Positions 58,220 to 64,000 of a stretch of DNA of 64,000 nucleotides are shown piece by piece; positions within the stretch are counted from its first letter, which is position 1; every line of letters starts with the position of its first letter. The notes under the pieces are model-generated. The model saw nothing but the letters and a program-made list of their open reading frames with translations. It ran no database searches and was not told where the DNA came from. The position numbers and the translations under genes are program-made. The DNA comes from Chrysomallon squamiferum (taxonomy: Eukaryota; Animalia; Mollusca), in assembly GCA_012295275.1 (NCBI GenBank), contig CM022678.1, forward strand, positions 15,500,001 through 15,564,000, in the 5' to 3' direction.

Positions 58220-60213
58220 TTTTCGTCTTTCTTAAATTATTCATTTTAAAATCAGTTACATTTTGTTTGTATGTTTTTGTCGAAGTGTTCTGTATGTTTA
58301 TTGTTTTCACACACACATTTTTGTCGGTTGTTAAACAGAAAATAAACATAAGGAGAAACAGAAAAAGAAAGAGAAATCGAAAAAGGAAAAATCAGGATCT
58401 GATAACACCGTAAAACAGGGTAAGGAATGGATGAGTGATTCAAATATTAAAACATTTTGAATATTTATATTAGCTCATCTATCTATAAATATATTATTAA
58501 CAGAAATAAGTATCAATAAAAATGTTTGAATTCCTCACATTCCTAACTATACAGACAGAGACACAAAAAGATATATATTTATAGTTATAGATATATATTT
58601 ATAGTTATAGATATATATTTATAAATTACAGACAGACAGACAGATAAATAGAAAGACAGATGGATAGATACAGACTGATTGATAGAAAGAAAAACAGAAA
58701 TAGTGAATGAGTGAGAAATAAAGCATGATAGACAGAGCTGTAAAGATGTTTCTTTTCAAACTTTGCTAATTATAGAGTATGGCATTACTATAATATATTT
58801 GCGAAACTATAAACACTTCGCTGTTTAATTCGTGCATTATCAGAAAATAAACTTTTATAATTTACTCTAATCGTAGCGAGATTCTATATTTCTTCTTATT
58901 TATATAAGATTAAAATAATAATAATAATAATAATTTTAAAAAAGCTTAACGAACAACTACGAATCTGTTATACCAGTTTTTGTCATACTTTACTGTTAGC
59001 AAAGTACGGTTGTAACAAACCAAATAATAGAATTTAACTGAAATAATACGTTTAAATGTAGAATATTAGTTCATTGCTTAGATACATTTTAAATTAATAG
59101 CAAAAGCTAATGAATAGTACTTTAGATTGATTTGAATTCTCCCAGCTTTCTGAGATTCAAACGAGACAGAATTTGTTCGTTAACACTTTAACTGCTTAAT
59201 TTACAGATTCAACCGATGGTCGATCAAAGCAAAAAGAATTTTTCAAAGAAGAACTCAGAAGATTAGAAGAAAGTCTTAAAAAGGAAAGATCAAGAATTCA
59301 GCGACCTCCAATGTACATCTGTATTTTAATGATTTTTTTCTCTCCAGGATTATAGATTTTGTAATTAACGCTGATAATGAGTGGAAGGGATATTATTACA
59401 AATGTATGTCGTTAAATGTTTAAAACAGAATTAATTTTGTTTGCGACAAAGACAAATAAACACTGTTATTAATCTAGAAGTGGCATGTGACTGTAGTTTA
59501 ACGGTTATTATTTAAGATCTGTTTGTTTTTATATATAGTTTATGCAAGCGAAAACAAAATCCAATACGTTTATATATATATATATAAACACACACACACA
59601 CATACATACATATACATATATGACGTATTGTTATTGGTGCTGTTATTCTTCTTCTTCTTCTTCTTCTTCTTCTTATTATTATTATTATTATTATTATTAT
59701 TTCCAGAAAGAAGAACATTCCCTATACATTCAACAGTCTGGACCCGTATTTCAATATTCATGTAGCAAAATACCTCATCGAAGCGGTAAGCAAGTCTGTT
59801 ATTGTTCACCAGTAAAATATAAATAAACACGATTATATTACTTAACAATAACAAACAGGATTTTTAAAGTATTAGCCACCTGAGATTTTATTTGTTACCT
59901 AGTAACTGGCAATTTTGGGCTATCGTAAAGTTATTATGCATGAATAACGTTACAGCAATTGTTAACGTCATTGCATCAATTAAAATTGTAGTTTCGAATA
60001 CGGAATTATGGTTATAATAATAATAATAATAATAATAATATATTATTATTATTATTATTATTATTAATATTATTATTATTATCGTATCCTTGCCACTGTC
60101 ATGTATATTTATAGTCTGTAATGTTTTAGTCCTAATCTACCTATATTATTTTATTTCTATCGTCTTTTCTTTATTTTTTATTTTGTTGTTGTTTGTCTTT
60201 GTGTGTGTGTACG

Positions 60214-60276
<63 letters not shown>

Positions 60277-60909
60277 ATATGGTTGTGTCTCGTGTCTTCC
60301 TTTTTCATAGATTCGTTTGTCTGTGTGAGTGTGTCTGTGGGCGCGCGCGCTCGCGAAAGTGTCGTAATATTAAGAAATAAACGCGAACAGTATTTGAGTT
60401 TAGAGAAGATAACTCTGTGTGTTTCAGCCCGAGGAGATGTCCCACGTGTACGCGAGCCGCGAGACGGCGCTGGGGCTGTGTGACCCGCTGGAAGACTACA
60501 GAATGGACCACGTCGACGACTACAGAGACAAACTGCCAGGTGTTTCCTCCAAGTCGGTCAACAGATACCACGAGATGATGAAAAAAGAGTAGGAACGCTT
60601 TTTCATCATCGGGGAATTTTGTTTATGGATCAGATATGAAATATATTTGCATCCAATAAAAAAAAAAAAAAAAATAATAATAATAAATAAAAAAAAAAAA
60701 AAAAAAAAAAATGTAAAAAAAAAAAATATTCATGACATAATTGCAAAATGTTCAATATTATGTTAATTTTAAATTATAACAGTAGCAACATTACTACAAT
60801 AATAATAATAATTCTAATTATTACTACCATCACTGTTATTACTATTACTATTACTACGTCTATTACTACTTCTACTACTATTACTACAACTACTATGACT
60901 ACTACTATC

Positions 60910-60970
<61 letters not shown>

Positions 60971-61716
60971 GTTCTCCAGAAAGAAAATAAAGGAACGGGA
61001 GCAGAGACATAAGACACAAGAGGGCAGCACTAGACTTCCTAAGTTTCCGGTCGTGACGATGCAAGCAGACGATCTCGCCAGACGACCCCTCTACTTCAGC
61101 GACGTGCCAATGCTTAGGTACGTAACAACTACTACAACTGCAGGGAATTTAGTCGTTTTTTTCTTCGTTTTTCTTTTTTTCTGGAAGAATGAACTTTCGT
61201 TTGTCACTAACTACAACGACCTCTACGTAATTCCTTGCACAAGAGCCTTGCCTATTTGTACAAATTTTAATAAAATCGTTTTTATTTTTATCATTGTAGG
61301 TGCTGTAAGTATTGATTTTGTAATTATTTTAAAATCATTTTAATCGGAATCTTAATTTCTATATAGAAGCGTTAAATAATAATAATGATAATAATGATAA
61401 TAATAATAATAATGATGATGATGATAATGATAATAATAATAATAATGATAATTTTGATGATGATGATGACGATGACGAAGACGAAGATAATGATGCTACT
61501 AATAGCGATAATTAAACAAAACGATCTTGTTTCACACTTGCTAAATAACTCTACGATAGCCCATAATTGCCAGTTACTAGGTAACAAATAACTTCTCAGG
61601 TGGATAATACTTTAAAAATCCTGTTTGTTATTGTTAAGTAATATAATCGTGTTTATTTATATTTTACTGGTGAACGATCTTGTTTTAGTTAATAATGTGA
61701 ACCTGGTTCTGTATAT

Positions 61717-61754
<38 letters not shown>

Positions 61755-61755
61755 T

Positions 61756-61850
<95 letters not shown>

Positions 61851-62248
61851 TAATTAGCATATATAAATATATTAATAATTATTTTTACCAAACATCAACT
61901 AACATACGAATTAAATACAAATCAACAAGTTTCAGCTGAAATCTAACTAAGTACTGTTACCCGTTTTAATGGTTTATTAACATTAATTAAAACGTTTCTT
62001 TCGATTATAGGAAAGAACTGGAAGAGAAATACAGTGCCAACGCCCAGTCGAAAATTGATGAGGACTACAAGAGAACTCGGGATGATTTCTACAGGATGGA
62101 ACTGGACAGAATGAGTGAATATCACCCTAGCAACCGTCCGCTTATGCGCCAAGCCTACTTCGCGTACCTGTCCAATACACCTGGTTCACGAAAAGCGATT
62201 AAAAATATAATGAAAGAATATTCTAATAAGAAAACTGCCAAGGCGTAG
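41799..62248 (+). CDS. Uncharacterised protein of about 1688 aa: long acidic, Ser/Thr-rich disordered region plus an approximately 240-aa ordered-looking C-terminus
   Basis: Exons 41799-41828, 47530-47614, 50541-54770, 59207-59312, 59707-59785, 60428-60588, 60980-61117, 62011-62248 total 5067 nt. All introns are GT-AG and phases 0,1,1,2,0,2,2 join without stops. The C-terminus ends ...DFYRMELDRM...MRQAYFAYLSNTPGSRKAIK...AKA*. I do not recognise a family. Confidence 0.75.
47530..47614 (+). CDS. Gene 3 exon 2
   Basis: CCAG| DTKQENDVREENDKQK...DDDKDT |GTAAAC; purine-rich, phase 0 to 1. Confidence 0.7.
50541..54770 (+). CDS. Gene 3 giant exon 3 (1410 codons, intrinsically disordered)
   Basis: 1444-aa ORF in the track; acceptor TTACTAG| at 50540, donor AAG|GTGATT at 54770. 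Confidence 0.88.
59207..59312 (+). CDS. Gene 3 exon 4 (coiled-coil-like KEFFKEELRRLEESLKKE)
   Basis: TTTACAG acceptor; the weak donor AT|GTACAT is inferred from phase. Confidence 0.65.
59707..59785 (+). CDS. Gene 3 exon 5
   Basis: TTCCAG| KKNIPYTFNSLDPYFNIHVAKYLIEA |GTAAGC. Confidence 0.75.
59804..59935 (+). repeat. Left arm of a 132-bp inverted repeat
   Basis: Reverse complement of 61544-61675 with 5 mismatches by manual alignment. Confidence 0.95.
60428..60588 (+). CDS. Gene 3 exon 6
   Basis: TTTCAG| PEEMSHVYASRETALGLCDPLEDY...EMMKK |GTAGGA; GC-rich. Confidence 0.72.
60980..61117 (+). CDS. Gene 3 exon 7
   Basis: CTCCAG| KKIKERE...TRLPKFPVV...LYFSDVPML |GTACGT. Confidence 0.78.
61544..61675 (-). 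repeat. Right arm of the 132-bp inverted repeat
   Basis: Reverse complement of 59804-59935; flanked by the direct repeat AACGATCTTGTTT (61520-61532 and 61673-61685). Confidence 0.95.
62011..62248 (+). CDS. Gene 3 last exon
   Basis: TTATAG| KELEEKYS...AYFAYLSNTPGSRKA...TAG. Confidence 0.8.
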
Positions 62249-62455
62249 GGAGCGAACATGTTATTTCCCCTGTTAAAAGCAGTATGGAGAAATCCAAAGA
62301 GTATTATACATTCATATTTCTTAATTTTTAATTTATTTGTTTGTTTTATACTCTTATTTCTTTCTTAACCTGTTGTTGGCAATCGTTTACATAATTTATT
62401 TCTAAAATTTTATTTCATTAAATCTCGTACTTGTTTCCAAAACAGCCCATGTTTA

Positions 62456-62523
<68 letters not shown>

Positions 62524-62931
62524 ATATGGTGATGATAATTATGATAATGATGAATATGATGATTGGAAATGATATGCCAAATCCAAAAACTAATTATTTA
62601 TGGTTTATATTTACAATAATAGTAATTATATTATGTAAATTCATAAAACGATTTAAAAGTGTCTTGTTTTAGTTCGCCAAACAAAAAATGCATTTATATG
62701 GATATAAATCTGGAAAGGTTTTGAAACAGTTCAACAGTAAAACACATTATTTGATAGGTAGAGTTCTTAGAAATACAAATAATATTTGGATTATGATCAG
62801 AGAATAGACCTATCGGATACATTTACACATACAAGTGAGTAGCAGGAAAAATAAGATAATTAATTCAGTATGCCAGTTTGAGTTCTAATAAATGACTTGT
62901 TTTAACTTTTGGACACCTTTGTATGCATGAT

Positions 62932-63028
<97 letters not shown>

Positions 63029-64000
63029 ACTTTCATTCTAAATTTCATTCTAAATTTCCTTGCTGTGAGTCACATTTGAAACTTGAATAATATGAACCTT
63101 CTTCCTCAGTATAATACCTATATCAATAACTTTTATCGATAGATATTAACGGTAAAGGACTTAAAACAGCGAAAAATTCCAGTCTAACTGTTCCTAATAA
63201 ATAATTATGTATGTACATACTTTCCTGGCATTTGTGTATCTTTAGCTCCGAAATTAGTGAAAGATATTCCATATTATTTTATTAAGGTCGCATTAAAATG
63301 TATTTGTCCGATTTGTAAATTCTGCTGTAGCCAGTATTTATTATTTCATTGAATTATTTTATTATCATGTATCGCTTTGATTAATGTTACGCTTTGGTTG
63401 ATAATAAAAGCGTTTCTGTGATAAGATTGTTATAATATAAATTATAAATAATTATACATATAAATAAATTACTTACTGAAATATGTTTGTGCATTTTTGT
63501 TTTATCTTTTTTTCTCTCTCTTTTAAATCATACGAGCAAAACTGAATTTGTTAGGATGAAAATGTAGTTTTGGTTGGATATATGTTCACGAACCGTAACT
63601 CTGTAAACATCGAAAAGAATACGTCTGCTCAATACCTAAATCATCCGAAGTTAAATAAGGACGAAACAATGTTAGGACCAGCGTTACTTTGTGTTCATTA
63701 GAGATACTTCTATTTTCATCAAACGACGAAAAAACATGCCAAGTTATAAACGATTTACAAACGTGGAATTTGCATTTACGTTAATCTCATGATACAAAAT
63801 GTGGCCGAAAAACTGGTAACTGGATGCATACAAAATGCTCATTCAAGTTTTTCTTCTTAAAATTAATAAACATTTTATTTCACCATTCCCTTTAGAACGT
63901 ACTGCTTGCACTAATATTTATTTATTTATTCAGTGGAATTCGTGTAGTATTTTTCTAGCTAATAAATAATGTACAAATGTCCTTTCATTTTCTGTCAGAA

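Overview
AT-rich, microsatellite-dense animal genomic DNA (invertebrate, probably lophotrochozoan or mollusc; this is inference). It holds three spliced genes that I assembled by hand with consistent exon phases. (1) Minus strand: an SLC12A8/CCC9-like cation-chloride cotransporter family gene, 8 coding exons in 745-18360, running off the left edge, with a probable non-coding first exon near 25 kb. (2) Plus strand: a complete STT3A oligosaccharyltransferase gene, 15 coding exons in 27610-37275, 708 aa, divergent from SLC12A8 and containing one clear U12-type (minor spliceosome) intron. (3) Plus strand: an uncharacterised gene, 8 exons in 41799-62248, about 1688 aa, with a 4230-nt symmetric disordered exon and an RFX X-box at its 5' end. 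Most entries in the ORF track are microsatellite artefacts. The strongest unexplained pattern is that several intronic tandem arrays are amplified copies of the adjacent exon-intron junction itself, giving trains of decoy splice donors or acceptors. A 132-bp, about 96% identical inverted repeat also brackets two exons of gene 3, which is a circRNA or loop-out geometry.
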